Source: the human T2T-CHM13v2.0 reference genome, Homo sapiens. From it: a stretch of DNA of 64,000 nt. The position numbers were made by a program, and so were the translations under genes. The notes beneath the pieces were generated by a model that saw nothing but the letters and a program-made list of their open reading frames with translations, had not been told where the DNA came from and did no database searches. Shown piece after piece: positions 13,981 to 29,599 of the stretch. The stretch lies in the NCBI RefSeq assembly GCF_009914755.1, contig NC_060926.1; one strand, given 5' to 3'. The number at the start of each line of letters is the position of its first letter. Position 1 is the first letter of the stretch.

Positions 13981-16769
13981 GAACCATCCACCTCTCGTTT
14001 TTTCTATCTCTGCTATTAACATAGCCCCTCCTCTATTGCCTCACCAACTATTTTCAAACCAAAAAGTCTTTGTCTATTCATAGCCGCTGTAAAAGTAACA
14101 TTCATTTTTCTGTTTTTTAATCTAATGTCTGCGTCTTCAGTGGTTCTCACTGGCTAATCTAATCAGTGTGTTCTAGGGAGGTTTATTCCTTGCCTGTTCA
14201 GCTTGTCCCAGCACAACAAAGGTAAGTCATTTGCCTGGGGAGAATCAGCTCTTTTAAATCAGACAATCCTCAGGAAAGATGTCAGGACTTTTGCCTCTTT
14301 TCTTCATGGGACTGAGATTCAGGAGAACATTCCACATTCCACTGCCACACAGCTCTGCAAACCCCAAATCCTGACTCTCCGAAGAAGGATATGGGCAAGG
14401 AAAACAAAGAAGGCATTTGAAAAAACCAAACCTTGCAAGAAAAACTTTGCGTACTTGGTGATTTTTCCAGGTTTATCCTGACTTTTGGCCTCTGTTTTTA
14501 TGAATTCCATTTTTGTTTAAGTGAAAAAGATACGGTGAGAGAGACATAGTGGAAAATGGGAAGTTTGGAGGAAGATGGGAAGGAAGAAGCCAGTGAGTAG
14601 GAAGTGAGAATCGGGAGTGGAGGGAGTGAGGGACGCGGTGCTGAGCGATGGGGAAGAGAAGCATGCCAGGAAGGCGCAGCGTCTCTGGGCACCCAGCATG
14701 GGGCCTGGTATATGCACACATTTCCCCTCATTGAACTCTCAACAGTCCAGTGGGGAGAGCATTCTCGTCCCCAACCTTACAGAGCTGGAACAGAAGCTCA
14801 GAGACTTACAGACAGGAAGAAAAGTAGGAGCTGGAAGCCCCATTAAAAAAGCAACTCTACCCCTCTTCTTCCAGTCTCTTCTGTGGCTTCTCTAAGGGTC
14901 TTCAGCCTCCTTATTTCAGGGTTGACCTTCTCTTTCAGATAGGAAATTTATCATCTGGTTGGATATCCTCACTTTCTTCCTAGATCACGTGGAGTTTTCC
15001 CTTAGTGGAAAAGCCTCATTCCTGGATCTAGAGCCTGCTGGTGGCAGACATGTAAAAAACATGTTTCGGAGGCCATGCCCAAGCCAACACATTAACCCAA
15101 CATTATAGTTTCTGTTAATAATCCATGGAATCAAAGACAGGCAAGACTAGGGAGATCAACACATGCTGGGTCACCAGAGGCTTTCCTGGTTTTAGCACAG
15201 AAGATCTGTGACCCAGGAAACCCCTTAGTCCCAGGAAGATCAGCACAGCCTAGGCCAGAAACAGTTTCGGGCCTTAGGGAATTTCCAGCTGGTTGGGGAT
15301 TCAACAAATTCAGAAGAGTGTGAGGCTCCAAAAAGAAGCACAAAGGGAGGGAAGGGTTCAGTGAAAGAAAAATCACCCTTGTTTGGAGGATTACCTTGTT
15401 CCACAAATGTTCATGGCTTACCTACCAGCCCCATCTGTTAAAGAAAAGCTTTGTGGAGAAAATGGCCTTGGAGATGCAGTGAAGGGATAGGATAGGGGTA
15501 GGATTTAGAACAGCAGAACTACCAAGGGGTATCTGAGGCAGAGGGAAGAAGCCACAAAAAATATAGACATAAGAGGTGGGAGAACATAGCATAAATATCC
15601 TGAGAACTGGAGAGCAGTTTCCCTGGCACAGGGCAGGTTTGGGGAAATAAAGCTTTGGGCATGCGACGATAGGCTGGGTAGTCTATGGAGAGGTGTAAAC
15701 ATCAGCAAACATGTCTGAAGTGAAAGGAATGTGGAAGGGGACTTGGTACAAGAATGGAATAATGGACTTCACAGTGGATTGTAGCACAGGTGGAAAGACC
15801 AGTTGAGACGTTACTGCCAAGCATTCAAGTGAAACCCTTTGGTTTCTACCTACCCAGGTTTTGTTCAAATAATTTGGACATTTATTTCAGACACTTCAGG
15901 TTTGGGGTTTTTTTGTCTCTCACTTCACACAGGAATTTGAGGGTGAGCTTCATCTGGTTTGGTGAGGGTATTGGAAGGTATGGGGCAGGGGCTGTCCCTC
16001 CAGGATGCACAAAGGGAACAGGTTTGCAGGCTCAGGAATCCTCCTAATGGAGGAAGGAGGAAGGAGGGAGGAGGACCTGCCCTGGCAGCACCGTGCTTTC
16101 TTCCTCGTGTCTAGTGTCCACTGGGATTTGGCTGCTGCACTGCTTGTCTCCCTGTCCAGACCTAATGCCTCGTTAGCTGTTAACCAAAGCATGTTCCTTA
16201 CTTATTTGAGAGGCTTTCTACCTTGCCAGAGAAAGACAGCCATTTGAATGTTCTCTGTGAGAAAAGGGAAAGGCAGTGTGGCGGTGTGAGACCACAGCCT
16301 GAAGTCCCCGACTGCCACCACCTGCCACAATATCCTGCTGCCACTCCCCAGCTCTGCTGTCTCTAAGCCTCAGTTTCCCACATGAACCAGGCGACTAAAG
16401 TGGGGATGGCAGATTTTCTCTCAGAAGGGAAAAGTGCTAGGCGTCAGGTCCAAAGAAGTATACTGTAAACCCCTCCTCGTATTCCAGCACTGCTTTGGAA
16501 TGCTTTTTTTTTTTTTTTTCTTTTGCTTTGGATATTTTTCCTTTTTACTTTTTTTTTTTCAAGTTCTCTCATGAGGTTGCATACTTTACTTTTTTTCATT
16601 TAAAAAATGTAGTTCCAGTTGGACTTAGGGAGGAAAGAGAAGTAAATGTTAACAGTTCACTTTACAATCTTGAACGAATTTTTTACTTAAGGTTGATTTA
16701 ACTTGGTAAGTGTATTTTTTGTGAATTTCCTATTCATATCTATGTTTCTATTGATGTGTTTCTTTTTTC

Positions 16770-17337
<568 letters not shown>

Positions 17338-18946
17338 TGATGTGTGTGTGTGTGTATTTTAATAAAGTCAAATTTATCCATATTATTCTTTAAGGTTTCT
17401 AGTTTTGTTGTCAATCTTAGAAAAGTTTTAGCCATCCCCAACTTTATATACAAAATAAATTTTCTTTATATAGAAAATCTGTATGTTCTAAATTTTCTTC
17501 TAGTTCTTTTCCGGTATTGCTTTGTATATTTAAATATTCAATCCATCTGGACTTTGGTATATGGTGTAATATGAGGATTTAACTTGTTTTTCCCAAGTGT
17601 TAAATCACCATTTGTAAAATTATGTACCCTGTACCCACCATCCTACACCCTCCTTCCCAAAGGGGCAGACTGAAATCCAGCCGAGGGGACCCATCCTGCT
17701 TGATCACATACTGATGTTTCTATGTGCTTGAGTCTGTTCTCAGCCAACCAACCTGATAGTAGGCCCCGTGCCCAGTTTCCCTTTCTTACCACTCACTCAT
17801 CCCTCAAACCACTGTGTTCTGATTTCTGCTCCTTACTGGTCACAGACATTTCTGTGGCAAAGCTCATCATCAAACTTCTAATTGCCAAGTGGACAATTAG
17901 ACAGTGGACACTTTTCAGATCTTTGCTTGATAGACCTCTCTATTACATCTGGTGTTATTGACAATTCTTTCCTCTTTTTTTTTTCCTGTTTGTTTTGCTT
18001 GGTATATTTTACAACTTGTGGGCCATTCAGTATGTGCATATTTATCTTTGTTAAATACGGCCACATTGTTTTCCAGAGTGGCTGTAGCACTTCACACACC
18101 TACTAGCAGTGTGTGTGTCTAACTGGATTATTTAAGGATAAGAGTTGGGAGATCTGGGATGCTCTGGTTTTCTGCCCCCAGGGATGTGCTCACTGTCCCC
18201 TTTGTGCTGTCACCCTACAGATCTCTCTCCTGTGAGCTTGAGTCCTGCTGCTGGCCTAAGTCAACCCCACCACTATCACTACCAACTGCCAACACAAACC
18301 AAGAGACAGCTTTAAAGACTAACCTTCCCAAAACCCTGTTTTTGCATTTTGTTCCCTGTTCCAGAATTGCCAGTAGCTTCCCAATGCAGTCAAATACAGT
18401 CTGAACTCCTTGGATTGGCACTAATGGTGTTCTCCTGCCTGGCTTTCTCATTCCTTGCCAGCCTTATTTCTCTCCCTGCTACACCCTCCTCCCCAAAGGG
18501 GCAGACTGGAATCCCGCCAAGGGGACCTATCCTGCTGATGAGGCTGTAAACCAGTACAGCCACTCTGCAAAAACAATGTGGCAATATTCAATAAAGATGA
18601 AAATACTCATAAGGAATGACGAAGCAATTTAACTCCTTACAGAAACTTTTGCATATGCGTGCCAAAGCACATGAACAAGGGAGGATATTTATATAGCATG
18701 GTTTGGAGGTACCTGAACTCGGAAGCAACCCAAATGTCCACTGGTAGTGGAATGGGTATGTTCTGGTCTCTTCACCCTTCTTCACTCCCCTTGCCTCCTC
18801 ACTGAACTTACACAGCATGTTAATTTTTCAGATAACATGTCTTCATTTAAAACAGGAGCCCAACTACCTACTTTCCAAAATAGAGAGCATTTTTTTTCCA
18901 CTGAAAAATGAATTTCCAATATCACTATGTTAATATGTATAAAAAC

Positions 18947-19284
<338 letters not shown>

Positions 19285-20589
19285 TTAATCTAAGTGTTTC
19301 TTTTTGCGTTTTTAAAAATTCACTTCTTAAAATGCGTGTTTACATTTTTTTAAATTTAAATATATATCTAGGTTTTCAGTTCTATGTTGTCAAATGCATA
19401 GTCTATCCTTTGCTTTTTGCTTTTTACAAAGGAATACCAAGATGAGTTACAAGTGATTTATCTCAGATTTTGTTCACTGAGGCTTAGAGTTTACTCCATG
19501 AGTTCATGAGGGTTCAGTTCCACCTATTGTTCCTTGCTCAATTGTTTGAGTAGGTCCTGATTACCTGCCAGATGGCCAGTCCTGGGCTGATCTTTTCTAC
19601 AAAGATCAGAAGGGTCTCTTCTGGCAAGGCAAGCCTGGCTTGTACTCTCTGTGGAAACTTAACTAGCCATGGCTGCAGCTAGAGGGCCCAGCCAAGGATC
19701 TTTCCAAATCAAGTGTCTTTGGCTGTCAAATATGTAGGTAACTAAAACTCCAATCTCTGAGGGAGGACAGTCTGCCCTATCTGAATTCCCTTGTCTTCTA
19801 GAAAGGGTCAAATAGTAGTCTAAGCACTCAGGGAGAGTGAACACTTTTCTCCTTGTGTCTCTGTCAAGGGCAGGGAACACTAAACCATTAGTAATAACGT
19901 AGTCTTTAAAGTACATTAAATCAGCTAAGTTAACTGTTTAACCATAAGTTCAACACTCCTTTTTTTTTCTTTTTTGCATTCCATCTGTTATGCAAAAACC
20001 CCAATTTTTGATTGATATGAAATGAAAACATAGAAATAACAGGCATGCCATACCATCAAGAGACCAACCACTACCTCATCCAATATTTCACCCCTCTCCA
20101 CTCCAATTGTTTTGATCTCTTTCAATGGGTGACTTCACAGAATTGAGATGCTAGGTCTCACCAAGATGGTGACTTTTATGGCCAGCTTCTCTGGGATGAG
20201 TAGGAATTACCATTTCCTACAATTCCCAGATGATGCTGATGCTGTTAGTCAGACAATCACTGCTCTAAACCCAACTAATAATTTACAGAAAATGGAGAAG
20301 ACAGAGGAACTTATTAACACCATGAGGATGCATTTTAAGAAAATCCAGATTCTGAGAAATAGTTCTTTCAACAAATAAATTATAAGGAAAAATCAAGCAA
20401 GAACGAACCTAGACTGCCTGTGAATGGCCACTGCATTCCAGCCTTGGCAACATAGCAAAGCCCTTCTCTGAAAGAGAGAAAGAGATGATGATGAGAAGGA
20501 GGAGGAGATGTTTCTAAGCAAGAGACTGGACTGGAGGCCTCAATTTACTCCCAACGTCATCTGGAGGTCACAAAGGGCAGAGAGCCAAG

Positions 20590-21577
20590 ATGGCAGCCCA
20601 AGGCACGGTACAAGCCTATCTTAGCTGGTGTCAATGTCTACTAGATTCTGCCCCAGGCCTCCAACAATGGCTACAGGCTGGAATGTGGACCAGCCTGCTT
20701 AGTCTTCAAAAGGGAAGACTGCCTATGTCAACTCAAGTATAAAATATCAGGAGAGCTCTTTGCTCGGGCACCAGTAGAACAATACGCTGACACTGCTGAG
20801 ACAGTGAAAGATTACAGCTTCTACTTTGGAATGTGGTTCTAGGATGACACTGAGCAGGTATAGTGCTTTCATCGGCATTGGCTTCACAGATGAGGGTGAT
20901 GCCTTTGACTTTGATAACTTCTGAAAAAGCACCTTAAATGGATAAAACAGGTATCTGAGATGGCCAAAGGATCTCTTGAAATGAACACTCATCCCAGGTT
21001 GGATCTGGGCTTTAAGGAAAGACAGACCATCAAGTTGAGTAATGGGAACATTACAACCAAGGAATGATGAGCTTCAGCCAGGTGCAGTGGCACGCACCTG
21101 TAGTCCCAGCTGAGGGCTGAGGCAGGAGGACCACTTGAGCCCAGAAGTTGGGGACTGTAGTGTGCTATAACCATGCCTGTGAATGGCCACTGTACTCCAG
21201 CCTTGGCAACACAGCGAGGCCCTTCTCTAAAAGAGAGAAAGAGATGATGATGATGATGATGATGATAATGAGGAGGAGGAGGAGATGTTTCTAAGCTCAG
21301 GACTGCAAGAGACTGGACTGGAGGCCTCAATTTACTCCCAACCCCATCTGGAAGCAAGTTACTCTTCCCCTCCATCCTCCAAGGATGTTGCCTCACCAGC
21401 TGTTCCAATTCTAACCATGGAGGGAGTGATGCAGATATCCTTTTAGGCTGTGATTCTTCTGCTCCTGTCATGACACCAGCACCAGCTGCAGTCTCTGTGA
21501 GCAACGACTTGGAGAGACTTTATAACCATTCTGTCCCAAACCTGGCATCAGAGCCATCCAACTGACTCCAGATCTGA
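20590..21577 (+). pseudogene. NECAP1P2: NECAP1-derived processed pseudogene, interrupted by an Alu monomer
   Basis: Intronless, disrupted frames giving [42 protein letters not shown] and SNHGGSDADILL, matching recalled NECAP1; P-number from memory. Confidence 0.85.
21077..21283 (+). mobile_element. FAM-like fossil Alu monomer with (GAT)n(GAG)n tail, inside the NECAP1 retrocopy
   Basis: GCCAGGTGCAGTGGCACGCACCTGTAGTCCCAGC...GCCTGTGAATGGCCACTGTACTCCAGCC. Confidence 0.8.
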
Positions 21578-21626
21578 ATAGTACTGGCAAGACATCAAGG
21601 ACAGACTTGAACAACAAAAATGACCT

Positions 21627-21989
21627 TGAGAAAATGGGGTAGAAAATCACGTCTCTGAGGAAGAAAATGAAGAAGGAGCAAAGAGCAGATCTTGTAAAAG
21701 AAAGACTGTTTCCTAAAGAATTATGATGTCTGATATATGGGTTTGGGGATTATCAGAACCCTTACACTGAGCCAATGGATATTCCTGAAGATCTTTTTAT
21801 AGAGTTCATCAATGAAATTATGAACTTCCAACGCCAGTTAGAAGATCAGATCAAGTACAAGTTGATGATACTGTCTTCTTAATTAGAAAGGACCCAAGAA
21901 AGTTTGCTAGAGTTAAAAGACTTGGTTACTATGAATGAATAATTGAAATGAGCTAGAAAAGCATCTGACAAAGTCAACTATGATTTTGA
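21627..21989 (+). pseudogene. TAF13P2: TAF13-derived processed pseudogene (3'UTR-like sequence may extend further)
   Basis: EEENEE, LFPKEL*CLIYGFGDYQNPYTEPMDIPEDLFIEFINE and VFLIRKDPRKFARVK match recalled TAF13; stops and frameshifts, no introns; P-number from memory. Confidence 0.88.
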
Positions 21990-22568
21990 CACCTTTTGTA
22001 CGTTCTGAAGCTCCATTATTTTCTGGGACAACCATATATAGTAACTAAATATTTCTACAGTAAGGTCCCGATATCTAACCATGTAAATGAAAGATGAAGA
22101 AACAAAGTTTTCATATTTTCAATTTTAGAATGAGACTTTAACGCCTGTATTTATATTACCATACTTGAATTATTCAGTTTTAATGACCACATGTAAAGGA
22201 CCTTGCAAACTGTGCAGTTCCTTCTTTTTACTACCTAAATGATGAAACAACACAATATTTTTGTTGAGTGTTTGTGCCGCTGTAAGCTACACTACAGCTG
22301 TTTAATATGTGAAATCCAGATAGGACCTTTGACTCACCATAGCTGAGACACAGCTCTGTCATGTATTCTTTAGTTTCTAGACAGTATCAGACAAATTATT
22401 AAAGATAGTGAGCTGTTTTATGTTTCTCTTAAGTAGATATAGGAAAAGTCTCTTTTAAGAATGTTTGTATTAAAAGGTAATTTGTTTTAATATCCTTTTT
22501 TTCAGATAGCAAGTGATTTTTTGGAGAAACTAAGTTTCATGTGAAGGCTTCAGTGTTGGAAGGCTTTT

Positions 22569-23278
<710 letters not shown>

Positions 23279-23596
23279 TAAAAATGCTTTTAGTAGTAGT
23301 TGGAATGGTGTTGCTTTAAAAGTTGGTGACAGAACAAGTATTTGGTATTAAACAAACAAGTATTGTTTTATTAACGTATTTGTTAGTACTATTCATTATG
23401 AAAATGAATCCTTATCTAAAACCATATGTGGCTATGGAAACCACTTTTGTAGTTCAGAATATACAGATTTTGTGTGCATTTAGCTATGTTACATAAAATC
23501 ATCACTGCACTTAGCTTATAAGGATTGAACTTGCATTTAAAGGGATCAATCAATGCTACTGTTTGTGAAACAGAAAGTTTTGTGTGCCACTTATAA

Positions 23597-23932
<336 letters not shown>

Positions 23933-24994
23933 AGTACTTGGGAAAATTCTACTTTCTTAACCTATTGATACCAGGAATAATTTCTGAAAAACTAAACAGA
24001 AATAAAATGACCTTGGGAGCAGGAATCTTTAAGAGGCTAGAAACTCCTTCCCTTCCCAGAACTACAATTACTAAACAACCTTTTTCTTAGCTTCCCCATT
24101 ATATTCAAGCTGGTTTATGTCATTCCCCTTTGCAGTTACTTGCTGTGCAGCCAAGAGTGTCTGCCATCTCCTGCTCACTAACAAGCCAGGAACTAATGGG
24201 TCTTACCATACCTGCGGCTATGAGGAAATGACCCCTAACATTGTAAAATTTTTCTCCACCTTTTAAATTCCATAACTTACTTCAGTCATCTCATGGCTCT
24301 CATGTACCCTTTGTGAAGTCCTATTTAGCAATTTCAGGGGACAAAAACACAAAACAAAACAAAAAAACCCTTGCTACTTCCTACTCCATTAAACCAATTC
24401 TCTGAAAATGGATACACTTGCCTTCAGTGTTTATAGATCCAAAATTTTGATGGGTATGGAGAAATATCTCTTATATACCCTTCTTCACCACATCCAGTGC
24501 TGAGTGCAGCTCCACTACCCTCGTGTGTTTACATGTCTCTTCCTATGATACAAAGGTGTTGGTAGCACCTCCATTCTTTTGTTTGTCAAAAAGTGCAACA
24601 TCTTCAGCCAGTGGGTATGGCTTAGATGAAGGAAGTTCAAGGGGATGTTCTAAGTTATATTCTAGAAGTGTTTTTTTTCTCCATCCAGCTGCTGCAACTG
24701 ATGGAAGGCTTTGCTTTGTATTTGCCCCATTATTAAATCTAAAATAAAAAAGTTTAGAATTTAACCTGATTTGTGGAGCAGAGAGGTTGCAAGCACTTAA
24801 CTCTCATTCAGTATCCATGTTGACTTGCTGCCTGGGTATCTGTCTGGCCACATTTAATAGACACGTTTTTTCAATCCATTAGCACCTCAGTAAAAATCTG
24901 CTACATCTTTCATCATTTGTAATGATGGAGAGTCACAGCTTCAGCCATTTGACAGGTTTCCCAAAGTGAAGGCTTTGATATCCATCACCTAGAG

Positions 24995-25333
24995 CAGTGG
25001 TCCCCAACCTTTTTGGCACCAGGGACTGATCATGGAAGACAATTTTCCCATGGAATGGGGAGGAGGGGGAGGATGGTTTTGAGACGAAACTGTTCTACCT
25101 CAGACCACCAGGTATTAGTTAGATCCTCATAAGGAGCCCACAAGATCCCTTGCATTGCAGTTCACAATAGGGTTCACACTTCTATGAGAATCTAATGCCG
25201 CTGCTGATCTGACAGGAGGCAGAGCTCAGGCGGTAATGCTCCCTTGCCCGTTGCTCACCTCCTGCTGTGCGGCCAAGTTCCTAACAGGCCATGCACCCAG
25301 TACTAGTCCATAGCCAGGGACTGGGGACCCCTG
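24995..25333 (+). mobile_element. MER1B-like hAT-Charlie MITE (339 bp), 8-bp TSD ACCTAGAG
   Basis: TIRs CAGTGGTCCCCAACC...GGGGACCCCTG; perfect TSD at 24987-24994 and 25334-25341. Confidence 0.88.
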
Positions 25334-25532
25334 ACCTAGAGTACCTCAAAGCAAGTGACCCTCTCACTACTTTCCCTCTGCCCTGCTTTTTCTTATACAT
25401 TGCTTGAAGAGAGCTCCCTTTTCTAGGTCAATGGGCATTACCTATTTGGTTTGTTAAGGGCAATCTGAGGAAGAAATAAGATGATACAACTTCTCTCCTT
25501 AGCACCTGTTTGCATGCTTACACTCTGAATGA

Positions 25533-25847
<315 letters not shown>

Positions 25848-27300
25848 AGGAAATTCTATTTAGTTTCAAAATATATTCTCTCTTCTTGACTTACATCTTT
25901 TCATCTTTTCCTAACTTTGAATCCATTTTTTTTTTCATTGCACTCCCATTCCAGACAGTTCTATTCTTGCACAGCCATGGCAGGACATCTTTAAATTTTG
26001 ATAGAAAATACTAAAAGGAAAATCTCTATAATCCCAGTGACTAAGTACTGGGAGCCTATGTTCTCAATCTTCCTCCATATTGTGTTATTTGCATTATCAA
26101 GGTGATAATGTTATGTATTTGAATAAGAAGAACGTATATAAAGCAAACACTGTATTAGTAAAATAATTAGAAAATAGGGGGAAGCAGACTCAAAAGACAT
26201 CTATTTGTAGTGTATTGTCTTTGTCTTAAATCTCATCCAAATAAACATACTGTAAAACAAAACAAAATGTTTATAAGACAACCAAGGTAACTTGAATGCT
26301 GGATAGCTGATGAATTAACTTTTCAGGTGTGATAATGGTATTGTAGTTTTCTTTTTTGAAGAGCTGTATCTTTCAGGGATACTAAAATACTTTTGGATGA
26401 AATAATAAGGTGATAAGATGTCTGAGATTTGCTTCAAAACATTCTGGGAGAAGAAGGGGGAGGAAAGGGGATATAGACGAAACAAGATGAACCATGAAAT
26501 GAACATATATTGTATGTGTAAGTCATTACACTCTCCTCTCATTTGTATGTTAAAATTTTCCATAATAAAAAGTAACAAAACAGAGGGTGAGAGACATCTA
26601 TTTACACTGGTACCCGTTATTTGAGCAAGAGTCCAATTCCCACATCCAAACTCCCCAGCCTTCGGAAAAGGAATGTAGGCCAAACGTCCCAGGCTGCCCC
26701 TCTGAGGACCTCTGTCCCTGGGAGTAGCAATACCTGTTTCGGGTGGCACGGATGATAGAGATGGAGGGAGGCTAGATGAATGGTCATGCTACCCATACAC
26801 ATAGAAAAGCTGGCTACATGAAACAATAACCACAGAGAAGCAGGAGGGACCACTCACCCTCAGACTTAAGTGTTCTCCAGGTGCCCTGGGCCTACTTGAC
26901 AGGGGCCAAGATCACCTGTGCTATAAAACTTCCAGAGTACCTGGGCTATAGAGCATACTTGTTCCTAATTCACTTTTTGCCTCATGGCTGTGTAGGGTAG
27001 ACTCAGCTCTGGGGCCTTGTACATCCTTGTACATTCCCTAGGATTACCCAGCAGCCTATTTGGGTCTTTGTGTTGCCCCACCCCTGCTCCCCACTGAGGC
27101 AGAGCACTGAAAATGTGAACCAAACAGGTGAATGCAAATTGTGGGAGTGGGGTGAGGGACGTGCCACCACATTTAGACTCTCTCTCTCAGCCTTGGCCTG
27201 CTAAAAGGAGGAGAAAACAGTGCCTGGATGGTAGAAAATAAGACAGTAGCTGCCCACAGAAACAAGCTGAAAGCTGGGGCACTAAGGGCTACCTATCCTT

Positions 27301-27601
27301 CTTCTTCTTTTTTTTTTTTTTTGAGACGGAGTCTCACTCAGTCGCCAGGCTGGAGTGCAGTGGCGTGATCTCAGCTCACTGCAACCTCCGCCTCCTGGGG
27401 TTCAAGTGATTCTCCTGCCTCAGCCTCCCGAGTAGCTGGGACTACAGGCACGCGCCACAACACCCAGCTAATTTTTGTATTTTAGTAGAGATGGGGTTTC
27501 ACCATGTTGGCCAGGATGGTCTCGATCTCTTGACCTCGTGATCCGCCCACCTCAGCCTCCCAAAATGCTGGGATTACAGGCGTGAGCCACCGCGCCTGGC
27601 C
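27301..27601 (-). mobile_element. AluSc-like element
   Basis: Antisense dimer; near-TSD AGGGCTACC(T/A)ATCCTT. Confidence 0.92.
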
Positions 27602-28267
27602 AGGGCTACCAATCCTTTGGGGCTCAAAAGATGGTTATGTGTGTCACAGTGTACATCTTGGGAATGTGCTTCTATTTTGTTTCCTTTTCATTTGTTTAGT
27701 ATCAGCCTCTTCCAGGTATCCTTTTTTAAATACCTGTATCAAGCATGCTATGTTATTTAATTTTCTCCCTGAAGATTACCTAAGAATATCACCTGAGGAA
27801 GGTGCTATTGGCCTATTACAAATACAGAAACTGAAGCTGAAAGGTTAAGCACCTTCCCCACGTTCAGACAGCTCAATAGCGGAAGAGATGGAATATAAGC
27901 CCTATTCTTATTTCACAAAGCTGCCTCCATGCTGGGGCAGGTAACGTTAACCCTAGGAAACTGCCCAAAACCCACCAAAAGAGAGAAGCTCCTAGGGAAC
28001 AGAGTTGAGAATGTTCATACCCTGCCCCTGCCAACTGCCGGTCTGCTTGGTTTTGTCACACTGGCATTTCTGGCTTTGGATGAATCAAAGGTGGCTGTTA
28101 CTATGCTATACTCCATCCTTGGTACACAGAGCACCTCGCCAGGCCTCTCCCCCACCATCACATCCCCAGTTTCCAGAAATCATTCCCCTGGTCATCTGCC
28201 TGGCTATCCATTCTCCACAATCCCCATGAATGGATGCTACCCAGGACACACAGTGAGCATGAGCTGC

Positions 28268-29061
28268 TGTCTCCCCTTTCTTGCCACCACAACCCAGTTT
28301 GTTTCCTCTATTCCATGGAGACTGCCCTGGCCAGCTCATCAGGCATCTCTGAATCACAATGGCCACTTCCCAGAACTTGATTGCCCTCTGAGCTGCTCAA
28401 TCTCTCTCCTCCCTTGGCTCTGTGACAATGCTTTCTACAGGGGCCCTATGCTTGCAGTGGATGCCCCTTCAGGCTGCAGGCTCTTTAACTCTCAGGGCTT
28501 CCCAGGGCTCTACCTTCCCTTCCCTCTGAATACTCTCCTGAGGTAACTTGCTGCTTCAGATTCTCTCAGCCTCACCTGACTCCCACGTCTCCAGCTGCTT
28601 GCTCTGTGCTGACTAACTCCCACAGGCCGGTGACCACATTCTGTTCCCCTTGCCATTGCAGGACTTAGATTAAATGCCATGCCGCAAGGCATGGGATCTG
28701 GCTTTCGCAGTGGCCAAGAAATATCATCCCAGCAAGAAAGTGGGGAGCTAACACTGGCTCCATGGCAAACTTTGAGCAGTAAAGCATGGGCAGGAAGCAG
28801 AACAGGTGAATTTCCCCTCCATCAATCCAAATACAATGTTCTAGCCAGTCATGGTGTTTCTGTGTAGTCTATCCAGAGACATCCAACATGGGCAAGTGAC
28901 TAGCTGTCTTTGTGAGGCAGGAGCCAACTCACTAACACCAACCTTTGATTTTCTTTTCCTCCTTTCCCTCACTCTCGCTGCTCTGAGACTTCACCCTCCA
29001 ATAAAGTGCTAACACTAGCTTTGCCTCAGATTCGGTTTTCTTAGTAACTTGAATACAGACA
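28268..29061 (+). mobile_element. Possible old ERVL solo LTR (LTR33/LTR16-like)
   Basis: TGT start; 3' part CCCTCCAATAAA...CTTTGCCTCAGATTCGGTTTTCT...AGACA resembles ERVL LTR ends. Confidence 0.4.
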
Positions 29062-29599
29062 GTAACCTCACCCAAACCATGCCTTCAACCACCATTGATA
29101 CACTCCCAACTCACTCCCCAAACTTTTCCTATCTTCAATCTGGACATCCCTGCTGAGCTCCAGACCCAGCAGGTTCCAACTGCCAAAGGGACATCTCTGC
29201 TTGTACATTCTCACAAGCACCTCAAACTCATGTCCAAAATAAAAGTCATCTTCCTCCTCCTCAAATACGTGCCCTTTACTTGTATTTGGCAGGATGCAGA
29301 GATGGAAGACACCCTAAAGGAACTCCTGTCTGAAGTGGGAGAGGAGTTAACTAACACTTAAAATAGAAACAGATGCTTACTGGCATAAAGTAGCGTAGTA
29401 GGAGCACATACTGGAGAAGAGAAGCAAGGCTACTGTGTGCCAGCACAGTGCTTGATGCTTGCATGCACTATCTCATTTGACCTTCATAACAACCCTGTAA
29501 GATATCATTTTTCCATTCTGCAGGTAAGAAAACAGATCAGAGATTAGAAACCTTGCCAAAGTCACAAAGCAACTAAATCCAAGCACACCTGGAAAAAAG

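Noticed and set aside
20989-21504. 171-aa ORF with a poly-His tract
   Set aside because: Antisense reading of the NECAP1 retrocopy, (GAT)n tract and FAM element
27929-28546. 205-aa plus-strand ORF
   Set aside because: No recognisable homology or exon context; overlaps a probable old LTR
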